From Candidatus Bathyarchaeia archaeon (GTDB lineage Archaea; Thermoproteota; Bathyarchaeia; 40CM-2-53-6), in NCBI GenBank assembly GCA_049513715.1, contig JBEKVV010000002.1:64001-128000 (forward strand): 64,000 bases of DNA, given 5' to 3'. Positions within the stretch are counted from its first letter, which is position 1, and every line of letters starts with the position of its first letter. The notes beneath the pieces were generated by a model. It did not search any database. It saw only the letters and a list, made by a program, of their open reading frames with translations, and was not told the origin of the DNA. This document shows, in pieces, positions 28,771 through 39,046 of the stretch. A program made the position numbers and the translations under genes.

Positions 28771-29481
28771 TTGGTGTTTGAGATGAAGATGGGACCGCAG
28801 GCTTACTTAGCAGAATTGATTGGAACGTTTGCCCTAGTATTCTTTGGCACAGTCTCAATAACCGTGTTCGTTGCTATTCTTGGGTTATCTTCCCCCGCGG
28901 GATCGGTCATCGGGATTGCTCTGACTTTTGGGATTATCCTGATGTCTATGGTTTACGTGCTGGGTCCAATCTCCGGTTGCCACGTGAACCCGGCGGTAAC
29001 TATCACAGCTGTGGCGCTGAGAAAGATGGAGGTAGATGACGGTGTCCTTTACATCGTGGCCCAGGTTGTGGGCGCGGTCTTGGCGGTCGGGGCTCATGTG
29101 GTAATTCTACCTGAGGCGGGCGCTATGACTGAATTCGGTGCGACCCTTCCCGGCGTCCCCATTGGGCGAAGTGACATGGTGGCACTTGTTGTCGAGTTGA
29201 TAATCACATTCTTCCTAATGCTCTCTTATGCTGTTGCATATACTGACAAGGCTTCCAACGGCATTTCTGGCCTTGTGATTGGAATGACTCTTGTGGGTCT
29301 CACAATTGTCGCTTGGCCTCTAACAGGTGCTTCAGCAAACCCGGCCCGTTCAATCGGCCCTGCCATCTGGTCAGGAGCCTACCAAAGCCTCTGGGTTTAC
29401 ATTGTGGGTCCAATAGTCGGCGCCTTACTCGCCGGTTTCGCTTACCAATACCTCTTAACCCCACGAAAGACGAAAAGGTAA
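28771..29481 (+). CDS. Aquaporin / MIP channel
   Basis: SGCHVNPAVT and GASANPARS NPA motifs. Confidence 0.93.
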   Translation: MVFEMKMGPQAYLAELIGTFALVFFGTVSITVFVAILGLSSPAGSVIGIALTFGIILMSMVYVLGPISGCHVNPAVTITAVALRKMEVDDGVLYIVAQVVGAVLAVGAHVVILPEAGAMTEFGATLPGVPIGRSDMVALVVELIITFFLMLSYAVAYTDKASNGISGLVIGMTLVGLTIVAWPLTGASANPARSIGPAIWSGAYQSLWVYIVGPIVGALLAGFAYQYLLTPRKTKR

Positions 29482-29539
29482 AGCAACCAGCTCCTACCTC
29501 TCGGGTACGAGGGAATGAAGTTCGGCGTCTGAGTACTGA

Positions 29540-30322
29540 CTATCTCTTCCCGAATACGGCGTTGACATCAGCGGTCCTGCCAGCAATCTGAACTTGAATT
29601 CCTCGTTTTCGCAGAAGCGCGGGAAGTCTGCTAGTTCCTCTATGGCTTAACCTTGACACGAATCTCGACAGCACGAATTCTGGAGTGTCAATGTGCTCCG
29701 AGCCTGCCCGCATCAGTGCAGGGCCGGTGCTCTTTGCGAGGTTTGTTTCGATTACTTGAGCCCAATGTTCCTCCCTGCCCGCCTCGGCCCGTTGAGCAGT
29801 AATCTTGCCGTTGAAGAGCAGCTTGTATGGTTCGAAGTTTTCGTCCAAGTAGATGATGTTCTTGACGCTTGGTGGGCTTATCTCAGGCGGCCTTACTCCC
29901 ACGAACCTGAATGCTTGTTGGAGTTCGGTTGAATCGAACGGGATCCCTTGTAGGAAGAGCGTTTCTGGAGCCAGGGATTCAGCGTGCCTTTGCCCGCTAT
30001 AGGCGTTGTAGACGGCGTTGGCGATTAGAGCGAAGTTTTCCAGCAGTATCCGAAGCATCTCTTCGTCCCCTTCTGAGTAGACTAGGATTGTGCGCATCGC
30101 TTCCCGGTAGTTCTTCTCGGAAGGTGAAAACTCGTAGAGAAGCTCCAATGCCTGCTTCATTACGTCAAGAGCCGAATAGCGAGTGATATCCTTCTGCGGA
30201 ACCCTGAATCTCTTCAGGTTAAGTTGCAAAAGCGAGTCAACAGCCCGTTTCATATTCCTAACAAGTAGAGCGTCGAATGGGCAACTCTCCGCAATTCCGT
30301 AGAGTATTCGCGACTCGCCCAT
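29540..30322 (-). CDS. Hypothetical protein
   Basis: 260-aa ORF filling the gap between genes; no motif recognised. Confidence 0.6.
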   Translation of the reverse strand: MGESRILYGIAESCPFDALLVRNMKRAVDSLLQLNLKRFRVPQKDITRYSALDVMKQALELLYEFSPSEKNYREAMRTILVYSEGDEEMLRILLENFALIANAVYNAYSGQRHAESLAPETLFLQGIPFDSTELQQAFRFVGVRPPEISPPSVKNIIYLDENFEPYKLLFNGKITAQRAEAGREEHWAQVIETNLAKSTGPALMRAGSEHIDTPEFVLSRFVSRLSHRGTSRLPALLRKRGIQVQIAGRTADVNAVFGKR

Positions 30323-30436
30323 CCGACCAACCCTAATGAATCACTGTTGGAAGTTGAGGCGGCGTTAAATCCTTCACTCAAGATGCGGCGAAGAGCTAAA
30401 GGCTGAGTTTGCGGTAGCACAGCCACTGACTCCCCA

Positions 30437-31477
30437 ATGACCACCGTAACGATAATCCAAAACATACCCGAAAGCGACTACGCCAAACACGGGTTGACGA
30501 AAGATCGTCTTGGCAAGATGTTGCACAAAATGCTCTTACTCAGGAAATTTGAAGAAAAAGTCGAGGAACTCTACCTAGTCAAGGGCCTGCTGATCGGGCC
30601 ATCCCACCTATACCTAGGGCAAGAAGCAATCGCCACCGGAGCTATGATGGCCTTAGAGCCAGACGACCTAACGATCACAACCTATCGAGGGCATGGGCAC
30701 GCATTAGCCAAGGATGTCCCAACGAAGCTTTGCATGGCTGAACTCTTCGGGAAGTCAACAGGCAACTGTAAAGGTTTGGGTGGGTCTATGCACGTCGCGA
30801 TCTATCCCAAAACAGGGTCCCTATACGCCACCGCCATTGTCGGGAGTGGGATACCCATTGCGGCTGGCGTCGGCTTAGGGTTGAAACTGAAGAAGAGCCA
30901 GAACATAGTCGCTACCTTCTTCGGTGAAGGCGCTACCAACACGGGGGCCTTCCATGAAGGGGCAAACATGATTGCTCTGTGGAAGCTGCCGGTTCTTTTG
31001 TTCTGCGAGAACAACCAGTACGGAATGTCAACAAATGTCAAGAGTGCCGTCTCAAGCCCCACGATCGCTGACAGGGCGCGAGCTTACGGATTGCAGACAA
31101 TGGTCGTGGACGGAAATGATGTTGTTTCGGTTTTCGTAGCAGCGAAAGCCGCAGCTGAGAAGGCACGCCATGATTCTGAGCCAGTCTTCCTAGAATGCTT
31201 GACCTACAAGATGAAAGGCCATGGAGTCTACGATAAAGCCGAATATCGACCAAAAGATGAAGTTGCGAAGTGGCTTGAGAGGGATCCAATCAAGGTACTC
31301 AAGGAACGACTGCTCAAGAGGAACCTGATGACGCAGCCAGAAATTGACGAAGTTGAAAACGCAATACGGCAAGAGGTCGAGGAGGCTGTTGAATTCGCAA
31401 CGCAGAGTTCTCCATTGCCTTTCAGCGAAATCAGGAACTACGTTTACGCGGAGGAACAACAACCTTGCGAGAATTAA
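30437..31477 (+). CDS. TPP-dependent 2-oxoacid/acetoin dehydrogenase E1 alpha
   Basis: HLYLGQEA, YRGHGH, GGSMH, FGEGA..ENNQY motifs. Confidence 0.92.
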   Translation: MTTVTIIQNIPESDYAKHGLTKDRLGKMLHKMLLLRKFEEKVEELYLVKGLLIGPSHLYLGQEAIATGAMMALEPDDLTITTYRGHGHALAKDVPTKLCMAELFGKSTGNCKGLGGSMHVAIYPKTGSLYATAIVGSGIPIAAGVGLGLKLKKSQNIVATFFGEGATNTGAFHEGANMIALWKLPVLLFCENNQYGMSTNVKSAVSSPTIADRARAYGLQTMVVDGNDVVSVFVAAKAAAEKARHDSEPVFLECLTYKMKGHGVYDKAEYRPKDEVAKWLERDPIKVLKERLLKRNLMTQPEIDEVENAIRQEVEEAVEFATQSSPLPFSEIRNYVYAEEQQPCEN

Positions 31478-32439
31478 CCTACGCCGACGCGTTACGAGAA
31501 GCACTTCGTGAAGAGATGCTCCGAGACCCGAAGGTTGTTCTTTTGGGTGAAGAGATCGGTGTCTTCAACGGGGTTTACAAGGTCACACGGGGCCTGTTGG
31601 ACGAGTTTGGGCCCGAGCGTGTAAGGGATACGCCGATCTCCGAGGCAGCCATAGCCGGCGCAGCAGTCGGCTTGGCGCTCGCCGGCCTCAAACCTGTGGC
31701 TGAAATCATGTACATGGACTTTCTACCCATCTGCATGGACCAACTTGCGACGCAGGCTGCGAAAATGCGTTTCATGAGCGGTGGGCAATTGAAGGTGCCA
31801 ATGGTGCTCAGAACACAGTACAGCCTTGGGCGTCAACACGGAGCCCAGCATTCCCAATTCACGCCTGCATGGTTCCTTCAAGTACCCGGCCTGAAGGTTG
31901 TGCTTCCTGCCACGCCTTACGATGCTAAAGGCCTCCTGAAATCGTCGATACGTGAACCGAACCCAGTCCTCTTCTTGGAAGGCGGACTCCTGTACCGAAC
32001 CAAAGGGCCAGTTCCTGAGGAGGAGTACACGATCCCGCTTGGAAAAGCGGATGTGAAACGGAAGGGAGATGACGTGACAATCGTGGGAATATCACGCCTT
32101 GTTGGCGAGTCGCTCATAGCTGCAAAGAAGCTCGAAGAGAACGGTATCTCAGCGGAGGTGATTGATATTCGAACATTGCAGCCTCTAGATTTGGGAACGA
32201 TTGTGGAGTCGGTTAAACGGACGTCAAGATTGATTGTTGCATCCGACGACATCAAAACAGGTGGAGTCGGGGCAGAGATATCGGCCTCAGTCAGCGAAGC
32301 TGCCTTCGATTACCTTGACGCCCCAATCATGCGCGTTGCATGCCCTGATACTCCAATCCCATTCTCCCCACCCCTCGAACAGGAGTACATGCCCAACGCC
32401 GACAAGATAATCCAAGCCGTAGACAAAGTGATGGGTTAG
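31465..32439 (+). CDS. 2-oxoacid/acetoin dehydrogenase E1 beta
   Basis: RVRDTPISE, HSQ, EVIDIRTLQPLD motifs. Confidence 0.92.
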   Translation: MRELTYADALREALREEMLRDPKVVLLGEEIGVFNGVYKVTRGLLDEFGPERVRDTPISEAAIAGAAVGLALAGLKPVAEIMYMDFLPICMDQLATQAAKMRFMSGGQLKVPMVLRTQYSLGRQHGAQHSQFTPAWFLQVPGLKVVLPATPYDAKGLLKSSIREPNPVLFLEGGLLYRTKGPVPEEEYTIPLGKADVKRKGDDVTIVGISRLVGESLIAAKKLEENGISAEVIDIRTLQPLDLGTIVESVKRTSRLIVASDDIKTGGVGAEISASVSEAAFDYLDAPIMRVACPDTPIPFSPPLEQEYMPNADKIIQAVDKVMG

Positions 32440-32445
32440 GGATTA

Positions 32446-33606
32446 TTGATGCCAGAAGTTCTAATGCCCCGACTCGACCCGGGAATGCAGTCCGGCAAGA
32501 TAGTTGAGTGGCTGAAAAAGGAGGGGGAGTACGTCAAGAAGGGCGAAGCCATTCTCGTTGTTGAGGGCGAGAAGACTACCTTTGAAGTGGAGGCGCCCGA
32601 CAGCGGAGTGCTTAGCAAGATCTTAGCTCCCGTAGGAACCGATGTGGAAGTCTCCCGACCAGTAGCAATAATCGGCGAAGCCTCAGCTCAGCCCCAAAGC
32701 CCCCTAACAACTCAGAGTCAAATCAAGCCAGAGTCGCCTCCGCGAATGGAACAGAAACCTACGACCCAAGCTGATCGCGTCATCGCGTCTCCCGCGGCCC
32801 GAAGGTTGGCTCAAGAGCATGGTGTTGACCTAACGAATTTGAGTGGAACTGGGCCAGGGGGTCGAATATCGCGAGAGGACGTTCTCGCGACAGTACAGAA
32901 GACTACTGCTGCCGCCTCCACCGTTACCAAGTCCCGACAGCCAAGCATCTTGCGCAAGGCCAAGCTGGAAGGCATTCGGAAAACAGTCGCGGAGAGGCTG
33001 GGGTTCAGTGCAAGAACAGCCGTTCCTGTCACTTTGACAATGGAAGCAGACGCAAGCAAACTCGTGAATCTCAAGAACCGAGAGAACCATGTTTCCTTCA
33101 CGGCGCTGGTTGTGAAGGCTGTGGCGAGGGCCTTAGAATCACATATTGTGATTAATTCTACTATCGAGGGCGACGAGGTTACAACCTACTCCGACATCAA
33201 CATTGCCGTCGCAGTAAACACCGAGCAAGGACTTGTGGCACCCGTCATTCAGAACGCGAACAAGAAGCCCGCTCGAGAGATCAACTCAGAGATTGACGCG
33301 CTGTCGCAAAAGGCGAAGGAGAACCGGCTCACGGTGGAAGAGTTGACTGGAGGAACGTTCACCGTGACGAACCTCGGCGCTTACGACATTGAATCATTCG
33401 CTCCAGTGATTAATCCACCACAATGTGCGATTCTCGGGTTGGGGCGAGTCGCGTACAAACCATTCGCTGTGGGAGACCGGGTCTCGTCCAGGCCGACGAC
33501 CTTACTGACGTTAGTGTTTGACCATAGGATAGTGGACGGGGTTCCGGCGGCAAAGTTCCTGCAGGAATTGAAACGCAACTTAGAGGAAGCTGAATCTCTG
33601 TTCTAG
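32446..33606 (+). CDS. Dihydrolipoamide acyltransferase E2
   Basis: Lipoyl domain (EGEKTT), E3-binding ASPAARRLA, catalytic DHRIVDG. Confidence 0.92.
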   Translation: MMPEVLMPRLDPGMQSGKIVEWLKKEGEYVKKGEAILVVEGEKTTFEVEAPDSGVLSKILAPVGTDVEVSRPVAIIGEASAQPQSPLTTQSQIKPESPPRMEQKPTTQADRVIASPAARRLAQEHGVDLTNLSGTGPGGRISREDVLATVQKTTAAASTVTKSRQPSILRKAKLEGIRKTVAERLGFSARTAVPVTLTMEADASKLVNLKNRENHVSFTALVVKAVARALESHIVINSTIEGDEVTTYSDINIAVAVNTEQGLVAPVIQNANKKPAREINSEIDALSQKAKENRLTVEELTGGTFTVTNLGAYDIESFAPVINPPQCAILGLGRVAYKPFAVGDRVSSRPTTLLTLVFDHRIVDGVPAAKFLQELKRNLEEAESLF

Positions 33607-33631
33607 GCTACCTATTTCCCACGCGCAGGCT

Positions 33632-33662
33632 TGAAGTGGGGTGATTTTTTTGGCCCACTTCA
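33632..33662. terminator. Inverted repeat between convergent genes
   Basis: TGAAGTGGG...CCCACTTCA with a T-rich loop. Confidence 0.4.
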
Positions 33663-33718
33663 GTGGAAAAGTGTGGGTGGTGTCCAGGGGGGTTGTTTCG
33701 AGAATGCCAATTCGGGTG

Positions 33719-34774
33719 TCATGTGGGCGGGCGGAGCGCGATCTTCAACGCTTTTCCATTGCCCATCAACTCCAACGCCTCACTGGCTTTGTGAAGTGGC
33801 ATTTCATGTGAGATGAGGGGCTTGATTGAGACCTGCCCTGAGGCTATTAGCCGAAAGGCTCGTTCGACTGCGGCGGGTGTGTGATGAAACGCTCCTTGGA
33901 TGTGAAGTTCACCGTAATGGATTTTTTCAGCGTTGAAGGAGACACTCGTCCCCGATGCACAACCCCCGAAGAGCAGGACGGTTCCGCCCTTACGAGCTAG
34001 GCCGGAGGCCGATTCCCAGGTTTCGCGCCTCCCAACCGCCTCCACAACAACATCCGCACCCCTTCCCTCAGTCAGCGCCAAGACTCGGTCATTCAGATTC
34101 TCCTGCGATGAATCTATTGTTTCATCAATTCCCATTCCCTGAGCCTCTTGCAACCTTTGCCGCACAACATCGCACAACACGACCCTCTTCGCGCCACGTA
34201 AGCGTGCGAGTTGGGCGTGCAGCAACCCAATCGGGCCTCCGCCGATTATCACGACAGCTCCGCCCGGATACGACTTGATCAGGTCCCAGCCATGGACAAC
34301 ACAGGCTAACGGCTCTAAGCTCGCAACTGTCTCCAGCGGGACGCCATCGGGAATCTGAAACGTATTCTGGCGCACGATTTTTTCAGGAAGTCGAACGTAC
34401 TCAGCGTAGGTACCCGGCCACGTGAAACCAACGAGGCTCTCGTTCAAGTGCTCGCAGAGGTTGGGTTGATGGTTTAGGCAGTAGAAGCATTTGTTGCACG
34501 GGGCCGAGTTGGCGGCCGCAACCTTCATGCCAACCTTGAACTTCTCAACCCCGCGGCCAACCGCCGTCACCGTGCCCGCGAATTCATGTCCCATGATTTG
34601 CGGGGGTTTCGCGAGAGGGTGCCCCCGTCGGTACATCTTAACATCGGTCCCACAGGTGAGGGCTACAGCGCTGCGAACTACAAGCTCGCCGTCGCTAGGC
34701 TCCGGAATGGGTACTTGCTCTGCTTTCAAGTCTCCAGGTTTGTAAAAACGCATAGCGAGCATGGATTGTGGCAT
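33719..34774 (-). CDS. Zn-dependent dehydrogenase (threonine/sorbitol DH-like)
   Basis: CGTD, GHEFAG, CNKCFYC, EPLAC, GGGPIG motifs. Confidence 0.9.
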   Translation of the reverse strand: MPQSMLAMRFYKPGDLKAEQVPIPEPSDGELVVRSAVALTCGTDVKMYRRGHPLAKPPQIMGHEFAGTVTAVGRGVEKFKVGMKVAAANSAPCNKCFYCLNHQPNLCEHLNESLVGFTWPGTYAEYVRLPEKIVRQNTFQIPDGVPLETVASLEPLACVVHGWDLIKSYPGGAVVIIGGGPIGLLHAQLARLRGAKRVVLCDVVRQRLQEAQGMGIDETIDSSQENLNDRVLALTEGRGADVVVEAVGRRETWESASGLARKGGTVLLFGGCASGTSVSFNAEKIHYGELHIQGAFHHTPAAVERAFRLIASGQVSIKPLISHEMPLHKASEALELMGNGKALKIALRPPT

Positions 34775-34818
34775 GAGAAAAACGAGAACACTCCATTTGG
34801 TATTAAGCTACGCAGCCC

Positions 34819-35847
34819 TCATTTGTTTTCAACTATCACTTTGGCTGAGTCGAAACCTTTCTCCGCGATCTGGAAGGCTTCTTGAACCTGACCCAGTGGC
34901 AGCCTATGAGTGATTAATTTAGTCGGTGTAATGCGTTTCGATGCGATCAGGTCTAAGGCGATTTGCATTTCAGCTTCTGACGTAGAGTAACTGGACTGAA
35001 ACCGAACCTCTTCGAGAAACAGTTGACTTAGGTCGAAAGACGCTAGGGCCCCCCTTGCTGGCGCCCCGAAGAGTACGACACACCCGCCTTTACGCACGGA
35101 ACTCACTGCTTGACCAATTGCCTTCGGGTTACCTGTGGCGACGATGGCATAATCAACGCCGCCTTCAGCTGCTGACAATGATATCGCTTTTGGCACGTCG
35201 TCAGTCTGTGGGTCAAAACTCACATACGCCCCGTTTTCCTCCGCCATTCTTCTTCTGTTTTTCAGAACGTCGATCGCGAATATGGGTGCGACACCGTAGA
35301 GTTTCAGCAGTTGAAGGTGGGTAAGCCCAACCGGCCCAACACCGAAGACCGCTGCACTATCCCCAGCCCTTACACCTGCCTTCATCAAAGCCCTGACGCA
35401 ACAGGCCGTCGGCTCTATTTGCGAACCTTCCTCGTAACTCATCGATTCCCGGAGCCTGTAAACCGTTCCTCCACGGACGAGTGACTCTGGAACCCGGAAG
35501 TATTCTGCGAAGCCGCATGGGTCAAGGTTACTCTTTGGGTAGGAACCGCAGAGAGTTTCGAGGCCGTTCTTGCAGTAGTAGCAGCTCCTGCATGAGATGT
35601 GGTGATGGACCGCAACTCTATCACCTTTCTTGAAATCATGAACGCTACTCCCAGTCTCTTCAACTTCCCCAGCCACCTCATGTCCGAGAACCGGGGGCGT
35701 TATGTGGTCGCCATGCACCTTCTCAAGGTCTGTCCCACAGATGCCACAAGTTTTCATGTGCACCAGAATCTCGTAATTGGCGATGCGGGGAATAGGCACG
35801 TCTCTGAGTTCAACGGTGCTTTTCGCAGAGATTGATGTGGCCTTCAT
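34819..35847 (-). CDS. Zn-dependent dehydrogenase (sorbitol DH-like)
   Basis: GICGTD, GHEVAG, CRSCYYC, EPTAC, GVGPVG motifs. Confidence 0.9.
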   Translation of the reverse strand: MKATSISAKSTVELRDVPIPRIANYEILVHMKTCGICGTDLEKVHGDHITPPVLGHEVAGEVEETGSSVHDFKKGDRVAVHHHISCRSCYYCKNGLETLCGSYPKSNLDPCGFAEYFRVPESLVRGGTVYRLRESMSYEEGSQIEPTACCVRALMKAGVRAGDSAAVFGVGPVGLTHLQLLKLYGVAPIFAIDVLKNRRRMAEENGAYVSFDPQTDDVPKAISLSAAEGGVDYAIVATGNPKAIGQAVSSVRKGGCVVLFGAPARGALASFDLSQLFLEEVRFQSSYSTSEAEMQIALDLIASKRITPTKLITHRLPLGQVQEAFQIAEKGFDSAKVIVENK

Positions 35848-36044
35848 GGAGTATCAATCAGGTGCGTACATTCAAAAGCATATGCGGAGGTATACTTTGG
35901 CTTTCCTCCGACCGAACCTTCACTTCCTTTGGCCTGCGGTGGCCCCAACTCCTAGGTCATTGGTGGTGATGAGGAGAATCCACCCTCGTGGATCTCCACA
36001 CAAACAGATTTTTAGGTAGAAACGTAGAAGTCCGCGTTTCAGTT

Positions 36045-36141
36045 GGGCCCGTAGTCCAGCTGGTTAAGACGTCGCCCTCACATTCGGAGAATTATATGAG
36101 AACGGCGGAGATCCCCGGTTCGAACCCGGGCGGGCCCACCA
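36045..36141 (+). tRNA. tRNA-Val(CAC) with a 20-nt intron at canonical position 37/38 (36083-36102)
   Basis: GGGCCCG/CGGGCCC acceptor plus ACCA, GGTTCGAACC T-arm, CTCA/TGAG BHB helix. Confidence 0.93.
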
Positions 36142-36180
36142 CTATTGTCAAATGACATTCGCCGGATTAGGGTTCGTTTT

Positions 36181-38847
36181 TTACTTGAGTTTCAGTTCCA
36201 CAGTAACACCGTCTTGTTCCCGTTTGGTTGTGAAGCCTAATTTCTCGCACAGGTTAATCATGTTCGTGTTTTCGGTCATCACGATGCCGTAGATGGCTTC
36301 GACATTCTTGTCTCTGGCGACTTCGATTAGCATGTCCACTAGTTTGATGCCCAAGCCTTTGCCTTGGTACTTGTCGGCAACTACGACCGCGAACTCTCCA
36401 CGTTTCTTGTTGGATTCAAGAATCAGTCGGCTTACGCCAATCTCGATCCTACGGTCTCCATCGCGTGTTTCGGCAATGAACGCCATCTCCCGGTCATAAT
36501 CGATGTTGCAGAAACGCACCAATGCGTCGTGGGGTAGGTCCTTGATGATTTGAAAAAACCTAAACCTGCTGGTTTCACTGGAGAGACCTCGGATCAATTC
36601 GAGTTCCATAGGCTCGTCCTCCGGCCGAATGGGACGGAGGGTGACTTCTGTTCCGTCCTTCAACCGCCAGGGTATAACATATTTCGATGGGTAGGGCATG
36701 ATGACAAGGTGGGAGTAGGCCTCAGCGTGGGCCGGAACATTCGGGTCGAGAATTATCCTTGCATCAACGACTACCAGTTTACCCTCGGAAACTACGAGGG
36801 GGTTGATGTCCATTTCAGCGATTTCAGGGAAATCGACGACTATGTTCGAGAAGCGAACCATCACCTCTTCCAGCGCCCTCACGTCAATTGGGGGTTTGTT
36901 TCTGAGGCCTTTTGAAAGAGCTTGGTAGATTCTCGTTTCCTCAATTGTTCGGTGCGCCAGAACTTGGTTTAAGGGCGGCAGCCCGATCGAAACGTCTTTC
37001 CAGAGTTCTACGCCGATCCCGCCCATACCAAATAGAATGATCGATCCAAAGTCCCGGTCCTTCTTTGATCCTACAATTAGCTCATAGTCAATGCTCTTGA
37101 CCATTTCTTGTACGTATACGCCGTCGATCCTCGCGTCAGGTTTCGCTTTCTTAGCGCGGTCCATAAGCAACTGATACTTTTCTTTGAGCGTCTGCGCGCT
37201 ATCAATTCCGGAGATTACCCCTCCCATGTCAGTTTTGTGCAAAATGTCTTGTGACGCAATCTTGAGAACAACGGGATAACCGAGTTCCGACGCGATCAAG
37301 GATGCCTGTTCAACATTTTTAGCTAGGCGCCCTTTCGCGCGGGGAATGTGGTATGCGTCGAGGAATCTGTCAACCTCGGGTTGTGTGAGGGCTGTCCTTT
37401 GTTTGGCCGCTTTGTGGACCATGACTTTGAGATGGCTTTTCGGTGGTGAGAAGTCTACTGAGAGTTCTTCTGGGGTCTGGTAGAGTAGGTCTAGGTTTTG
37501 TCGGTAGCGGTACATGTACATGTAAGTTCTGACCGCTTCCTCTGGAGTTGCGTAAGTTGGCACATCGTTTTTGTGGAAGATGTCTCGGGCCTCTCTAACG
37601 CTGTCCTCACCCATCCAAACGGTAAGCATTGGCTTCCGCCTGTCAGCGGCAATCTTCGTTACCGTTTCAGCGAGTACGGTAGGTTGTGTTGTGCCCTGGG
37701 GGGTATAGATGACCAGCAGGCCGTCGACACTCGGATCTGCAATACACGCTCTCACAGCGGTCTCATACCTCTTGGCGTCAGCGTCTCCAATTATGTCAAC
37801 GGGGTTTCCATGACTCCAATACGGTGGAAGGCTCGCGTCCAGCGTCTTCATCGTGTCGTCCGAGAGTTGAGCCAGCTCGCCGCCGTGGCCAATCACAGAG
37901 TCAGCGCCCAACACTGCTGGTCCCCCTGCGTTTGTCACAATGGCTAGCCTCGGGCCTGCGGGGAGAAATCTGGAATCCAAAACACTGGCACAGTTGAATA
38001 GGTCTCCAATCTCGTCAACCAACACAACCCCAGCACGTTTGAAGGCAGCATCGTATACGGCGTAATCGCCCGCCAGTGCACCCGTATGCGAGGAAGCAGC
38101 CTTAGCGCCTGCTGCATGTTTCCCAGCTTTTATTACAATGATTGGTTTGGTGCGGGCAAAGCCTCTCGCTGCACTCATGAACTTCCTTGCATTGCCCACT
38201 CCTTCCATGTAGATGATGATGCTTCGAGTGTTAGGGTCCTCACCGAGGTAGTCGATTAGGTCGCCGTAATCGATATCAAGCGTTGAGCCTAACGATGCGA
38301 ACATACTAAACCCTATTCGAGTGCTCACAGCCCAGTTCAGGATCGCGGAGCCAAGAGCGCCGCTCTGCGAAACGAAAGCGATCTGTCCGGGTGCCGGGTT
38401 GTCTCTGAGGAATGTTGCGTTGAGACCGATTTGTGGTCTTAGAATTCCAACGCAGTTCGGCCCCAAAACACGTATGTCGTACTTGGCTTGAATCCGCCGG
38501 ATTTCTTCTTCCAACTTGGCGCCTTCTGCGCCTACTTCACGGAATCCGGCTGATAGTATGACGACGCCTGCCACACCTGCTTTTGCGCATTCCTCCACAA
38601 CCGCCGGTACGGTTTTGGCTGGAGTGGCGACGACCGCTAAATCAACATGCTCGGGGACTTTGGAAATGCTGGGGTAACACTTGAGCCCCATAATCGTATC
38701 ACGCTTGGGGTTGACGGGAATAATTTTCCGTCGGTCCTTGCCAAGCAACAGATTCTTCATGATCGATTGGCCGACTGATCCGTCAGTCTCCGATGCTCCA
38801 ATAGCCGCGACGACCTTGGGGTTCAACATCTTATCGATATTGGCCAT
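36181..38847 (-). CDS. Acetate-CoA ligase (NDP-forming) / GNAT fusion, Pat-type protein acetyltransferase
   Basis: GPNCVG, SQSGA, ASSHTGAL, ATP-grasp HKTD, C-terminal GNAT (RPIRPEDE, QGKGLG). Confidence 0.9.
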   Translation of the reverse strand: MANIDKMLNPKVVAAIGASETDGSVGQSIMKNLLLGKDRRKIIPVNPKRDTIMGLKCYPSISKVPEHVDLAVVATPAKTVPAVVEECAKAGVAGVVILSAGFREVGAEGAKLEEEIRRIQAKYDIRVLGPNCVGILRPQIGLNATFLRDNPAPGQIAFVSQSGALGSAILNWAVSTRIGFSMFASLGSTLDIDYGDLIDYLGEDPNTRSIIIYMEGVGNARKFMSAARGFARTKPIIVIKAGKHAAGAKAASSHTGALAGDYAVYDAAFKRAGVVLVDEIGDLFNCASVLDSRFLPAGPRLAIVTNAGGPAVLGADSVIGHGGELAQLSDDTMKTLDASLPPYWSHGNPVDIIGDADAKRYETAVRACIADPSVDGLLVIYTPQGTTQPTVLAETVTKIAADRRKPMLTVWMGEDSVREARDIFHKNDVPTYATPEEAVRTYMYMYRYRQNLDLLYQTPEELSVDFSPPKSHLKVMVHKAAKQRTALTQPEVDRFLDAYHIPRAKGRLAKNVEQASLIASELGYPVVLKIASQDILHKTDMGGVISGIDSAQTLKEKYQLLMDRAKKAKPDARIDGVYVQEMVKSIDYELIVGSKKDRDFGSIILFGMGGIGVELWKDVSIGLPPLNQVLAHRTIEETRIYQALSKGLRNKPPIDVRALEEVMVRFSNIVVDFPEIAEMDINPLVVSEGKLVVVDARIILDPNVPAHAEAYSHLVIMPYPSKYVIPWRLKDGTEVTLRPIRPEDEPMELELIRGLSSETSRFRFFQIIKDLPHDALVRFCNIDYDREMAFIAETRDGDRRIEIGVSRLILESNKKRGEFAVVVADKYQGKGLGIKLVDMLIEVARDKNVEAIYGIVMTENTNMINLCEKLGFTTKREQDGVTVELKLK

Positions 38848-39046
38848 TTCCTCCAACCTGCTCCATGGTTGAGTTCTGCAATTGCTGCACAGCCCACCCT
38901 CAAATAACAACCACGCGTGAGTTCCCTTACTGGGAATCTTCCTAAGCTAGGCCACAGTCAGAGAATTCACACCGTGAAAAACAGGACGAATTCCTCTTGC
39001 CAGTTAATGATAAATTGTCTACGAAAGACTGGTAACGGATCGCACC

